From Balanoglossus misakiensis (lineage: Eukaryota; Animalia; Hemichordata): a DNA stretch of 64,000 nt. Below are positions 1 to 13,700 of this stretch, piece by piece. Location of the stretch: assembly GCA_040954595.2 (NCBI GenBank), contig CM082593.2, forward strand, positions 4,915,434 to 4,979,433, given 5' to 3'. The notes under the pieces were generated by a model. The model was not told the origin of the DNA. It saw only the letters and a list, made by a program, of their open reading frames with translations, and did not search any database. The position numbers and the translations under genes were made by a program. The stretch's first letter is position 1. Each line of letters starts with the position of its first letter.

Positions 1-3000
1 TGAAATCCTGTATTCTGACATGCTGTAAGGATATACACTGTACCCATCTGCAGCTGATTCCAAGATTCAAGTGTTGGAAATGTATTCTTTCCTAATTTGA
101 AATTGAATTTGTGATAAATTTCACACCAGTAGCGTAAATTATCAACTCAAGGGCTTGTACAGTAAATTATGTTGAAAAATTTCACTGTTGCAATGGTATG
201 TATATTTCAAAACATGTATATTTCATTGAGTTTATCCCTTTTGAATTTCTTGTGGGAAACTGGGAATGCTTTTAGATACATCCAGACTGGACGTTGGACA
301 CACCTTCTACTGTTAAATCAATACAGGTCTGAAACGGCATCAAAGATGGGAAGTTTTCAGAAAATACGGAAACAAAGGGACAAAATGGAGCCAGGTGGTC
401 GGTTAAACTCGCGTGGGTAAAGAGACGATGAGACACTTTGATAATCTTAATCGTTGTATTCTGCATAGTAACCAGTATGAGGTTTGTCGCGACAGACTGG
501 TAATTTTGTCTGACCTGCATCAACTGTGTAGTATTTTGTGTTTTTAGTGTAAATAGAATTTCGCGGTCAGACAGATTTTGGGGTGTGCCGTACAATATCT
601 CTGTTGTGGCGTCGCCACGAAGGCTGATGAACTGGGCTTAGTTTATAAGCAAAACCTGCCATTCCTGGGTGGGGATTTTTTTTAGTTCTCTGAATGGCAT
701 CATTTGTGAATAATTCTGCTGGAGACGGGAACACACGCTGGGGTTTTACACAAGTCTGTTCCATTACTGTGATTTTCATTGAATGACGTCAAGAAAATTG
801 TGGAAATTTGGGGTTGTTACTGAAATTCTGATTGGACGGCACTGCAGAAAACCTTTCGATTGTCATTTCTTTGATGGAAGGAAATTAATTATGAAAATTT
901 GGGAAATGTTTTTGATCCCCTTTTATCGTGAAAAATTTGTACGATATTGGCACTGCAGGTATCGTTCTGACTTCATTTAAGCTGAAGGTCTGAAATTCAG
1001 TCTTATGGATGCCAATCGTGAAGTAAAAACAAACAACAAGGATTGATTTGAACAACTTGACTTTGAGACCATATTGTTCAGTCAATATTTAAAAATATGA
1101 GGGTAGGTTTTGAAATATAAGTTTGTTTTTTGGCAGTTATTTTGGTGGAAGAAGTCAAGGGTGGATGCAAATGCCAAAATGACAACTTTTTAGGTATGAG
1201 GGGTACATTTAAAAAGCTAATGAATGAGTTGGCAAAAATCAATAACTATTACAGGAAGCATTACAATTAACATGATTTCCTGGTTATAATTACGCGAGTA
1301 ATCAGTTGGAATTGTTACTCATCATCAGAGCAGAGCGCTTTGCATTTTTAAACATCAAATATGTTGCCCAACTTCTGCATAATTCCAGATGATCAGCAAA
1401 TTTGATATTCAGTCATTTGAGGGAAAATGGATAGTTATGGCTGAAAAGTAAACTTTTATGAAGTGAGAGTGAAAACACATGTACATGTAGGTTTCACTTG
1501 ATTATGAAGACAATTTTAATCAAATTCCTTTTCCCTAAGACGGTAATTAACAATAAATCTCCTCATGACTTTTTATGTTTTCACAGAAAAATTTGACCAG
1601 GTGATCTCATAATTACAAATGAGTAATGAGTTTCATAGAATTTTTATAATGCAGTGTGATGAAGTACTGTTGTCAGTTTCATCGATACTTTGTGCAGCAG
1701 TTTTTTGTACATCATTTTATCGACGAATTATTTGCAAAATATCGAAAATAATATTCTCTTTTTCGGTGTGCTTACACAATTATGTTACCAAGGCAGATTG
1801 CACTTTGAAATGACAGCTTAGCCAGCATCGACTCAAAATTGATATGAACATCAGAGAAAATTGGAAAATTAAATTAGTGCTGGCAAGTGATCTCGGGGCT
1901 AGCTAAAATGATTGCAGAGTGTTATGTAAGTTAATTCATGACGGGATCTTATCTGTTAACTGGGGTAACATTTCGTGCTTGCACTAAGGTTGTAGGAATT
2001 TTGTGTTATTCAGTGTATTGGGAAGAAAGACAAAAAATTATTATTTTAATATTTTTAATATACATATACGCAGGTGTATGTTATTGATTGGGTCTTTGCA
2101 GTTTACAGATACTGATAATTTTTTAATGTTTTTTTCTCTCTCATTGCTATAATAAAAGCCAGTTTTGAAGTAGGGTTAGGGATTATGACAGCCTGTTAAA
2201 ATGAGTTGCACAGGTGTGGAACTAATACAGGCAAAGATCTGAATTGTGTATGCAAGTGTTTAAGTCACGGTAGTGCAGAAAATATGCACTGCAGTTATGA
2301 AATAATATGTAAATATGTGGAAGAAATTTAAAATTACTATACTTCGCAGTATATGGTAACTAAAATGTGAGGTTTCACCAACAGCTTACAAGACAACTTG
2401 CCATATAGTGTATATTAAAAATTTTAAATCCAGCATTTATATTTTACCGTAAAGTGAAGTTGATTACTGTTGCGGTGTATTGGTGGGTTTTGACAGAATT
2501 TGGAAGTCATGACCTTCATTGCTGTAATGCTGTTCCCAGTGATTTGAACTTTGTGTTTCGGTGTAAACATTTTTTCATTTACACGCATCTGACACAACTG
2601 ATAACTGGTAATCCTGTCTGATCCCGCAAATCTCGGGGATCATGGCATGGGGGAGATTCTCAGACCAGAAATGGTCACGTTGTGTTTGCAAATAGATTAA
2701 TTCCCGTACGATAAGTGCTGCGGCGTACACATGGAGTGTCTTTAGGTGTTGCATTCGACCTTGGTCGGTGGCAGTGGTGGTCGTAAATTGCTACTTCTTC
2801 CACTGTTATTTATAACTTGATTGATGTTGCTGGTAGCATACATGTGTTCTGGTCAAGTAGTGACCTTTGGCTATAATAAGAGCAGGACTATGATTGGTGT
2901 AAAATTTTCCCACCAAAATATTTGGGTAGGCTGGCTTAAAGTTGTTATACTTTGTCAATTGATTTTGGACTCAAGCAAACAAAAAAGGCATTGCAAATAC

Positions 3001-3192
3001 CCGTGCAAATCCAAGCGAAATATGATGAAACTTTTGGAGTATGCTTATTAGAAAAACAAATATGAAACATCAAAAGTGGTTTATTGGTAATTTTGTATAT
3101 GGAAAATGGCATGTCATACATCTCAGGGGCCAAGTTACATGGTGGCAAAACTTAAGGTATACTATAGACAGGTTTGTGTAAATTTGCTGCAG

Positions 3193-3362
3193 TAGCCAAA
3201 CAGATATGTGGTAACTTCATGAACTGTGCCAACAGCCAATCAGAGGAAGGGTTTAAAACTACACACACGGCAGCAGCCAATCATGGGCAAACTACCAGGA
3301 ACTTTCATGGTACCAGCCAATCAGATGCATATTTTATAAACACTGTGAGGACATCCAATTGG
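3193..3362 (+). promoter_or_regulatory. Phased CCAAT-box (NF-Y-like) cluster
   Basis: CAGCCAATCA at 3233, 3274 and 3314, with variants at 3193 and 3352; spacing 38-41 nt. Confidence 0.45.
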
Positions 3363-4296
3363 ATTTAATTATTATGACTATACATGTATTACTAATGATA
3401 ATCAGACTGGAATGGAAAGTGGTCTTGTCTTGGTGTACACGTTTTATGCACTCATTCCAGCTGGTTCTGCACGATTTAACTTGGTTGAACTTTGGTGTTT
3501 TGATGAACCCATAGGTTCTAATAGCTCTTGTGGTCTAATCTGCGCACAGTAACAGAAATATTGCAAAGGACCGGGCAGTAAGTGGAAACGTGTGCAGCAT
3601 TAAAAACGCAGTCATAATTGGCACTTTGCCCAGTTTGAAATAAATGTATACGGGTACCAATTTTCTGTGTGGTGATTAATACAAGAACTAATGTCTGGAC
3701 ATTGACCTGATATTGCATGTGGATGCATGTGTCCATTGATTTGGATGTGCATGTTTGTATTGTGTAGATATGCCTATCTATCAATGCCAAAGTGCTTTTG
3801 TATAGTGCCCATCATCACTGTCCTATGGCTTGCATAGATTTGCATCAGCGATATTGAGACTTGCATATACTGTACAAATTCAGGAAAATATTATATGAGA
3901 GAATGCCACGTACAGTACATGTAGATGAAGATGTATAAAATGGTCAATATACTAGTTGTAACACTGATGTTGTAACTGATGACAGAAATATTGGAAGCTG
4001 CTATTGATAAGAAACATCATCATGCCATTCACAGCATATTGATCAAACACAAGCTGCTGTGTGTTACCATATTTCTTCCTGTTTGTTCAATAGGCCGGAC
4101 ATGTACAGCTGTTTTCAACCACCAAAATTTGATGCAAATATTTTGACATTTTTTGTGAGGTTTTACTTTCAAAAGGTGCATGTTGACCGAAACAGACTGA
4201 AAAAACTTCCTGTATTTAGATGGCATTTGTTCAAGGAAAAACGATAAAATTTTCACAGTTGAATACTTCTCTCACTAGCAATAAATGTTTTGACTA

Positions 4297-4475
4297 CAGT
4301 CAAACCTGTCTATAGTGGCCAGTCAAGGGACTTTACCAAACTGGCCTTTATAGACAGGTGGTCTTTATAGACAGGTTAATTTATACACTTGTAAATTGCA
4401 CAGGGACTGTAACTAAGTGGTCACTATATAGAGGTGGTCACTATATAGAGGTGGTCACTAACACAGGTTTGACTG
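4297..4475. mobile_element. Tc1/mariner-type MITE (179 bp)
   Basis: Perfect terminal inverted repeats CAGTCAAACCTGT...ACAGGTTTGACTG, flanked by TA on both sides; internal repeats of AGGTGGTC(A/T)..TATAG. Confidence 0.85.
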
Positions 4476-5367
4476 TATTATCTTATAAATCTTGCTGTGC
4501 GATGTTTCCTCTTGAAATATTCAGAGAATCAACAAACTTTGAAAAAATGCATTGAAAGTCTTCATTGCTGTTACATATTATAAAACATTCTAGTTAGTGT
4601 ATTGATAAATATAATTTACATAATTCTGACATATGCGCTGTATTTTTTCCGGGTACATGTAAGGCCTACTGGAGTGTGTTTTGTATTATAAGTATCATGG
4701 GTAGTCTGTGATATGATGCAATCAATGCAATAAGCTACCAGCAGTCTCAGCTGACAGAAGGTATCCCAACATCTTTCATTCATTTTCTACCATGATCATA
4801 TTCAGAAAACATTCCTGTAGTAACCACGTAAATTTTCTACCTTCATAATATTGAAACCCAGCATGTCACTTCTGTCTACAATATGAACAATGGTGAAATA
4901 TAAAGAACTCTGAAATTGACTAGGTGAGGTAGTAATTAGAACGTACAATTCAGACAAAAAATCACAGACACCAGAGAATGGAGGTAAAATTCTCGTAGTG
5001 TGAAATCAGAGTGAGACAATGGGAAATCAAAATTATACAATGCGAAATCAACATTGATAGATTGGGTTGCCCTCATATCTATATAAGAGCTTTCGATCTA
5101 GCTTTTCTGTTGTACCAACACATGTGATGTCTCCCACCAAGAACTACAATGTAGATCAATTAAAAGAAATTAAGGTTTAATCATCAGGCATCAAGCCATG
5201 TGGCACATGTAGCCTGTGGCCAATATGGTGGGGTGTTATTGCATTGAAACCAGCAGCAAGGTAAACTGGGCAATGTGTACCGTGGAAATTATTCTTTTTC
5301 AACCATCAAGTTACCCATCCTACCAATTAAAAGTTTATCAAGCAGATGTCATGAGTAAACTTTACAT

Positions 5368-5502
5368 ATAGATGAATTATTGTGTAAAACAAAAACTTAT
5401 TTTTGTGTGGCCTGAGGATGTTGGCCACTTATAATTTTTGTTTGGTCCAATAGATGAATTATTGTGTAAAACAAAAACTTATTTTTGTGTGGCCTGAGGA
5501 TG
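5368..5502. repeat. 53-bp perfect direct repeat with a 29-bp spacer
   Basis: ATAGATGAATTATTGTGTAAAACAAAAACTTATTTTTGTGTGGCCTGAGGATG at 5368 and 5450. Confidence 0.9.
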
Positions 5503-8500
5503 ACTGTCAATTTGCTTCTACTTGGTAATTCAGGATTCTTTTGGAAGCTTTGCTGTGGTTCCTTGTGAGTTTGGGTCAAGGTCTTTGCCAAAGATAGAAT
5601 TGGGTCAGTTTAATTGGTGCAGAAAGACAAAGAACCCAACTTGACACACATAAATGATGATATCATGTTATGTCTAAACTGACCTCAGATTTGGGCACTT
5701 GTCCATTGACACAAACCCTTTATAGCAAGGTGGATACCACATGTGGAAACGTGGGTTTTCTGTGATTTGAGATATCAAGAAACATAGGTAAGGAAGAGCA
5801 TGGAGTTTAAGTATCTCATCTGCTATTGTGCTGGGACATGCTGTTCATCAGTGTCCGTTGAGGGATAACTTTGTGTAGAATCTCAGCTCTTTTGATTTCT
5901 GCATTGTCAGACCAGTCTTTGAGATTATCATTTAACATTCTCAAAATCGCCAGATAGGTTCTAACCTGGGCACACACACTACAACGGTATTGTAGTTCAG
6001 TTTATTGGACTGTAAACTGTATTGGCTGTATATAGACCGTGTAAACATCTAATTCTTTGCAACAGTTGTCGCAGGCGTCTTGGGGGTTTCTGCGGGACTG
6101 TTTTGTGTCCTTGATAGCTGGGTGACAAGTAAATTTTCAAGGGTTTCACGAAATTAGCTTCTGCCTTTGTTGGGAAGACATGGTCCCACTGCAACCACTC
6201 AACCAGTACGCTTTGAACTTGACTACTGCATAATCAGTGTTCAACTTGGCTACTGCATAATCGGCCTCGGGTCTGAAGAACTTTTCAACAACTTTCATAA
6301 TGTTTATTTCGTGCAAGTTTATTGTTAAACCCTACCCATTATTTGTATATGTTAGTAACTGTATTCGATTTAGTGAATGCAACATTTGCAAAGGACTTTT
6401 TTCCAATAGACCTGTTTCTTTGTTTTCCTGAGTGTTTTGTTTTGATAAAGCGGTTCTTCATTTGGTTCTGAGTGGATGTTTTTTATGATTGAGCCAACCT
6501 TGACTATTTCCAGGGGAGTCAGACCCATGTTGGCAGGTTTATCCATGTGTGAGTAATTTACGATGAGCAGCGACTTGTGCAGTGACCTCTTCCTAGGAGA
6601 CAATACCATCCAAGGTTGCCGCAAGTGAACAAACTCATCTTTCCATCCCCATTAACCGAAGAAGATGATTTCTTTCCCAGGATGGGATGTAGATATGTTC
6701 ACGAACAAACTGATAAAAGTTTTGTGAACTGAGATTTGACAACTTTGTATTGTGCATCATTCATGATCTGTGTTATACTGTTAACATACCACCACATTTT
6801 TCCTAAGAATATCTGAAACATGACATGTCCCCTATTTCGTCTGCACAAAATTAACATTATTTTATTGCAGCTCAGGCCATTATCAGTGAAAATGGGGTAA
6901 TTTCATTTTGTTTATGGGATACTTCAATTGTTTAGAGGGAGATCTGAACATATGCATAATTTTTTACACTTAATTTATAGTTTTTTTGTAGCAAAACAGA
7001 CTGGACAGAGTCAGGATCTTTTGCTGTAGAAAATATTCAATGACCCATTTTAACCTTGCTTGAGGCCTAAGAATATCACCGCCCCTAGTGCCTAAATTAG
7101 CCTGAGGATCTTTAACCACGGAGAGGCCCCGGAAAGAATAAGCTCAATGTACATAAGTGCAGTAATTTAGTAGACCTTCCAAGTTCCAGATTGCCATTTA
7201 GTCGTCCTTCCAGATAATTAATATAATTCATGTGCTCATGATTAATGAGACTATCACATTTATATCTGCATCATTTGAGTACTTATGATATTCTAAATGG
7301 GTAAAAGGCTTTATGCTTTTATTTTATCATTGTTCTGCACATGTGCTCGTTCCTAAATACGGAACATAAAACCCAGTCTGATACCAACACTTTCGATGAC
7401 CCTGTCCATGCAGTTTCGCTATTGGCTACTGGTGTTTGCTATGAATGCTGGGAACGGGAGCCTCATCTGCCAAGCTACTGTGAAACTGACTAATATAATA
7501 GGTCCTGACTACTGCTCATGTAGATGTTATCAGCTGTGCGGTGCTGTTGACAGGGATCGCTCTTTGAAGGCCTGTACTGTACCTCCCAAGATGTCACCCC
7601 CCCTCCCAAGATGGCTATCTCGGTGGCTTAATAATACCTTTTGTTTGCATATTGAACCCCTCAACGAATATCTCCTCATGCAGAGCAAAAGAGTGCAAAA
7701 TAGCCAACAACCCCCCACATCACAGTGGCCACCTCATAGCTGATGTTTGAATACAACGCAGCCGTCACCTCCCAAGATGGTCCCTTAGTGGCCAGCATCT
7801 TCCAAGATGGCGGCCACCTTCACCACAGCACAAACACACACACCCAGATAACCTGGTTCAAAAATGTAACCAAAAGACACCACACAATATATTCAGTACT
7901 ACCACAGTTGAAGTAAAGTAATTCAAAAGAAATATTAAAACATTCCTGATGAAAACGCTAGATACAGCACACCATATTGGCTCTAACAATCACCGACATT
8001 CAGATAGAAACCGCCAATGTGAACCAGTATTTGTTTGTGATAGCCAAGTCACCAGTATCCACCTCTTCAACATCATTAATAAACCCGGCTTTAAACTTGA
8101 AGTGTGTGCACCAGTAATCTTTGTTTCAGTTTCTTAATGAGCTACTCAGAGTTTTAAAGGGAACAGCTTTCCATTGAAGGAGGCAAACATTTTGACAGTT
8201 TATTGGTGTCATTGTGTTTTATGCCTGGTGATTGTTCCAGGCTGGCTGTCACACAAAACAGGTGTTGATGATTTCTTTAATACTCCACTGTCTGTGTCTT
8301 TCTAGAGTCACTGACATGGTGACTTGACATATTTTTCCAGTTGCATTTTGGGGTATTTTCTGCCTATTTTAATAGCCATGATACAAGTTTTTTTTTACAT
8401 GGAGCATTCCCAGTCAACATTATCATCATTGATAAAATACTGTACATAGGAAAACAAAATTACGTAGGTAGTACAGCAGTGTGTGATTTTTCTTGCATTA

Positions 8501-9790
8501 TATCCTGTTTATATCCTGTTGTTGAGCCATCTCATGATTACACGTAATTGTAGATTTAATAACTTAATCACGGCTGATACATTCAGGGTCAGAAGTTAAC
8601 CAGAATGATTGTTCCCTTATGAATTTATTTCTTTGATAAACATGTGCATATATGCTGTTTTAAGTTGATTTTTTTCAAAATGTGTTGTAGAATCAAACTG
8701 AAATGATCTTAAATTCAGTAATGAAATGCATCACTGAAATAATTGCAGTTCAACTTCACATTCAATTTCAAGTGTTTATATGAAGGGAAAAAAGACAGCG
8801 TTTTTCTCAGGCCTTCAATGCATCACAGGAGTTTCCTATGATTGACAGGTTTCACAATGCTATCTTTACACTCTCACCTAAACCACCCTTGTGGAATAGA
8901 TTTTCTAATTATCTACCTCAAGTGGAGACTCTCTCATCAAATATTCAGGATTCTGAAATGACTGTTTGCATTGTCTGAGGTGAGATGAGCAAATTCCCTT
9001 TGGACCTATGAAGTCGTTGGGTCGTCCCAGTGTCCCATTTTTTACAAAATCATCCACGTCAAACTAAGGTGCAATAGGTTATGTCTGTCGCACACGTGTT
9101 TACATGTTCATGCGTGATTTGATTGGCTTCCCTGCTGGTGCCAGTGTTGTAAATTAGTGATTTTTTTCATGGATCAGCCATACGTAGCCTTGGATTCAAG
9201 GAGTTCGCCTCAGCTCTGTCTAGGGTTAAACGAGGTAAATTGCTCTTTTTCTGTTATTGCGCCTGCGAGCATGTTATGCATTCGTGATGCGACACAGCCA
9301 AGCCATCTATTTTTAAGGTAGGCATTTTGACTTCACGTACTGTGTGCTGTTGCTGTTTGCTGAGAGTGGTGTCGAACGGTGGCTTGAATTTGATGATGTC
9401 GTGGAAAGAAGAAAAAATTGATGTGGTGTTGATATATGTCAGTGAGTGAGCGTGCGTCTCTACAAAGAGAGGTCAGATATTGAGACTGACCCAGAGACAG
9501 AGACAATTACAGAGAGGCATTTGTATCTGTGTTATCGAAGGAAGAGACAGGCGTGATAACATCTTGGACTGACACACGTCAGAGAAAGTGGACAAGAACC
9601 GACAAAGATTTGATCGCTGACATTGAGAAAGTGATAGGTAGATAGCAAAGGCAAGCTGTAAACAATAGTGAAGATCTGTCGGACATTCTGCTGAAAGTGG
9701 GATAGAAAATGAATGAAAGGATGTCAGAGCTGGTGATAAAGACCTAGCTGGGAGATCTTAAGTCAAAAATCAATATAATCGCTTGTTGTG

Positions 9791-10783
9791 CAGTCAGGAC
9801 GTAAGTGGGGTAATTAAGGCGGTGAGATCAAAGAGATCTATTTGAATGTGAACGTCGCTGAGTGGCAGTTACGGCCAGTTGGAAAAAATTTCAAACGGAG
9901 ATTTTCGGTACTACAAGTGATCGTAGTGCATCCATTTTTCTAAGACGTGTATGAAACACCATAATCAATGATAGAATGATTTTTCGTGAAGTTTTAACGA
10001 CGCGTTCCCGAGATAGACAGTTTCGGTATGTTGGTTTAAATAGTGGTCCTTGACTCTCGGCAAAGATTTCTTGTCTTGAAAAAAATTGGGTAGGTTAGGA
10101 AGATATTGAACTAAGTTACCGTGAAATTATAATAGTGTGAGCCGCTCCGTTGTGGAGTAATGACGGTGTAAAAATTGCCTTCGCCATCGACGAGTACAGC
10201 CGTGTTTGCCATATGTGTATGCATTGAAGTAGGTCAACGCATGTTAACCCATGACGTAATGGCTTCCTTTTCAATGCATCGTTATCTCTCATTAGCATAT
10301 TACATATGGAGTCTATACACTATTCACGCTGACTGACTTCTCAGGACTGACCTATGGCACTGTAAATTGTGGTCCTTGACTCTCGGCATGGATATATTCA
10401 TGTCAAAATTATGAATAGAGGAGTTTAATAATGTTTCTAAAACCTGAGGGGGTTAATTTTTGTGTGGGTATGGCTGATATTTTTTTTTTTGATTTTTTAA
10501 CTTCAAGGTCACTTTGAATTTCGTGATCACAATTTTGTCAGTGGAAGTAAAGAAATTCTTCTCGATAAAACTTCATGAAAAATCACATGTAGTACACTCA
10601 TAGTACCAGTAATGTGCCTGGGGTGAAATAATTGTCAGAAATGGGTTGCAAGTTGCTTAATTTTCGTTGTGAAAAAAGTTGAAAAACTGTATGCAAATGA
10701 GCAATTCAAACGTTACTGGCCAGTTTCAGTGTTTGCATTGCATGATCCCCTGCGGTTTAATTACCCCACTTAAGTCCTGACTG
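9791..10783. mobile_element. About 1-kb non-autonomous DNA transposon with 27-bp terminal inverted repeats
   Basis: CAGTCAGGAC(G/T)TAAGTGGGGTAATTAA at 9791 and its reverse complement ending at 10783 (26/27 identical); GTG on both flanks; no transposase ORF. Confidence 0.8.
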
Positions 10784-13700
10784 GTGTGTGTGTGTTTTTG
10801 TGGACCCCGTGAAATAGATACAATGCAGACCAGCTGGTGATGTGATTTTTGAGGGAGAAGTTCCCGGGTGCATTATTCATGAGGTGCAAAATGAATTATT
10901 CATGAACCTACAGTTCGCTTCAAGGACAGCTAGAAATAATGTTGATGAAAAACAGAATGATTTATTTTGATTGCAGAAGGTAGCCCTAAGTTGACCAGTG
11001 ACCTGTTCTGTTTTTGTGCATAAAAATAGACGTTGCTGGGTTATTTGTCTGTCGAGTTATTACGTCTTGTCATGAAAGAGAGAGGGAGGATTTTGATTTT
11101 GATAGAGGAGCAGAAAAACAACCTGGTAATGTGACGCAAGAAGTCTTCTTGGGATCTTTAGAGTCATATTGTGGATTGCTGTATAATTTTAGAAAAACTG
11201 CTGAAACGTTGCCATTTGTGAACTTTTCACTTGTAACACCTGTTTATTTTCACGCAAAACGTTACAAGAATATGTGCATCTACACATAGTCACTCACAGC
11301 CAGTTTCAGGTTCTGATACGATCCAACCCAAACTATACATACGGGTAGTTCACACAAGTTGGTCTTTGTGTGAAGAAAAATGATTAAAGCTTCATACTTT
11401 GTCAATGGTGGCCAGGCAGTGAGGTCAGGGTGCCCTAATTTGCATAATTCATTTCGAATTTTCTCAGTTGAGGAGCTTGTATAAACCATATCAGCAGAGT
11501 CCGATTGCATTTTGATTGATTGTTTGCCTATCCTTGAAAAAACCGCAGAATGAATCGTTACGGAAGAAAGCAAGGAAGCAGGGCATTAAAAAAAGGTGTC
11601 AAAATGTCTGTTTCAACCCTGAAGTGGTTATCAATACCAAGGACTGCAAACACTCGTGTTGGAGTGGACCTGTGATGTCATTCAGTTTGTCAGAGGTCGT
11701 TTGTAGATGCGATGTGTCGTATTTCTGACGAATTGTGTACTGTACAAGAATGTTGACTCAAATGTGTATATTAATTGTATTAATAAATATCCCTGGAAGT
11801 GGTGGCAAGATTGTCATTGCAATGCTAATACATGGTGTATGTTCCATTTTTGTCACTTGCTTATCCTGCGATAAAACTTAGTGTCAGAGTCATATTGAGT
11901 TTTATATAGAAAAACTGATTACATAACACATAGATCAAATAAAATGAAGTTGGATTTTTTGCTAAAACCAGACAATATCACTCAGTTTGGTACCATCTGC
12001 ACGGACAATGATTGAGTCGAAATTTGTTATGTGACCTGAATATCAAGTGATGTAATGTTCCTCGTTGGCTGTGATATTTCCAAACCAGATTACGCGAGTT
12101 ATTATTACTTATATTTGGCAGCTGCCCCCTCCAAACTTTAATTTGGGATCCGCTTTTAAGGTATTTATGAATCTATTGTGTTCCTTGACAGGTATCTGTG
12201 ATTGATGTTGCAACCATGTCCGATCGTACTTAGCTTTCTGAGCCCCAAAATCCCCCGGTGCCCACGATTTTCTGGGTTTTGTCACATTTGTTTGGCCAGA
12301 GATTACGTGTGACACCACTCTAATGATGAGCATTTCTACGGTTACACGTTTTTCGGGAAAAGTTTGATATTTCCCAAGAAATTATCAAATATACGTAAAG
12401 TTGACCGTTACAGACTACATGAGGTCAGCCAGATTGGTATCTTTAGTCCGATCGACTAAAACACTGATATTCGTGTGATTACATTGTACTCTTTGAATGT
12501 GTCCCTAGAGAAAGTATTCTTATATGAGAGAACAACATAAGTGGAAAAATTTAAGTGGCTTGGTTGATCTATGAGTGCCTGCAATGCATATCAATTAAAT
12601 TCTTCCAAAAGTAACAATTTTACAGGAGTAACTTCTGGTTATTTGTTGTGTTGTGCTGTGTTGCGTTGGCAAAATTATAATATATGCAGATGTGTGTGTA
12701 GCTGGAAAAACTAAACCACAAATTCGTTCTGAACGTGGACCAAATCTCTTGGTGTGTTTTGGCTAGCCAACTACAATATCAGTCAAAATGTAGCCCTTCT
12801 TGGGACATATAGGATCAAAGTTTATCACATTGATCACTATCTGTTAATGCTGCCAAATTTAACACTTTAATTGTGATTTTCCCAGCTGATAAAATATCAG
12901 TCAAGGTCATTGGCTTGTGACTTTCAGACTACATGTAGATTGGTAGCTTAATTGCTGAACCATGGGTTCAAGTTCAAGGGCAGTTCTATGTCAGCACTGA
13001 ATTGGTTTTTAAAGTCTGATCAAAATAGGAAAGGTGGACACCTGGGATGTAGGTAATCCCAAGATAGGATGGCAAACAATCAAAGTAGCCTGTAGAGATG
13101 TTGGCATTGGGAGAGCAAAATGGTGGCTTTTGGAGTGGTTGGAGGGAGTGCTCCTTGTTGGGGGAATAGTACCTGGTAAGAGAAGGCCAAGTAGCTAGTT
13201 GTCTTTGCTGGCTGTTACCTCTCTTATCAACACCCCTAGTGGACACACTTTGTCAGACCAGAGAGGACTATACTCAAAGTATGAAAGAAGGTTTTTGTCC
13301 AGTGTACATTTAGTAATTCTAAATCAGCTTGAATAGATCCCGCATTCTCACAGCCGAGATATGATACTGATGTACCAACGTCCAGATGAAAATTTGGAAT
13401 GAATAATACATCACCAGAAGATCGCCAAAAAGCCTGTTCACATAGAGAGATTGGCACATACAGAATGAATGCCAATTGATACAGAAATGACCCCCAAAGC
13501 TTGAATGTACAAATAGACATAACTGTCAATCATCATCATGTCACACCTACTCTGTGATGGGACTTTACTATACAACCAGACACTCAGAGCTTTGCTTGGA
13601 CACAGCTCTTGAATTGAACAGATAAGCTGATTGGCTGATTGCGGATGTTTATTTTTAGATTACTTTGGTGATATACCCTGCCCCAGTAAAATCCCCCCTC

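Noticed and set aside
346-420. MGSFQK...MEPGGR frame as the DLG5 start
   Set aside because: No CARD follows, and the good donor at 417 is phase 2, which does not fit the phase-1 acceptors.
3193-3362. Repeat-spacer pattern resembling a CRISPR array
   Set aside because: The repeat is only about 10 bp and equals a CCAAT box; the context is eukaryotic and there are no cas genes.
9169-9234. ATG-to-GAG|gtaaat frame downstream of a CCAAT box
   Set aside because: The ATG frame is phase 0. The phase-1 frame has no ATG after its stop, so it cannot be supported as a coding first exon.
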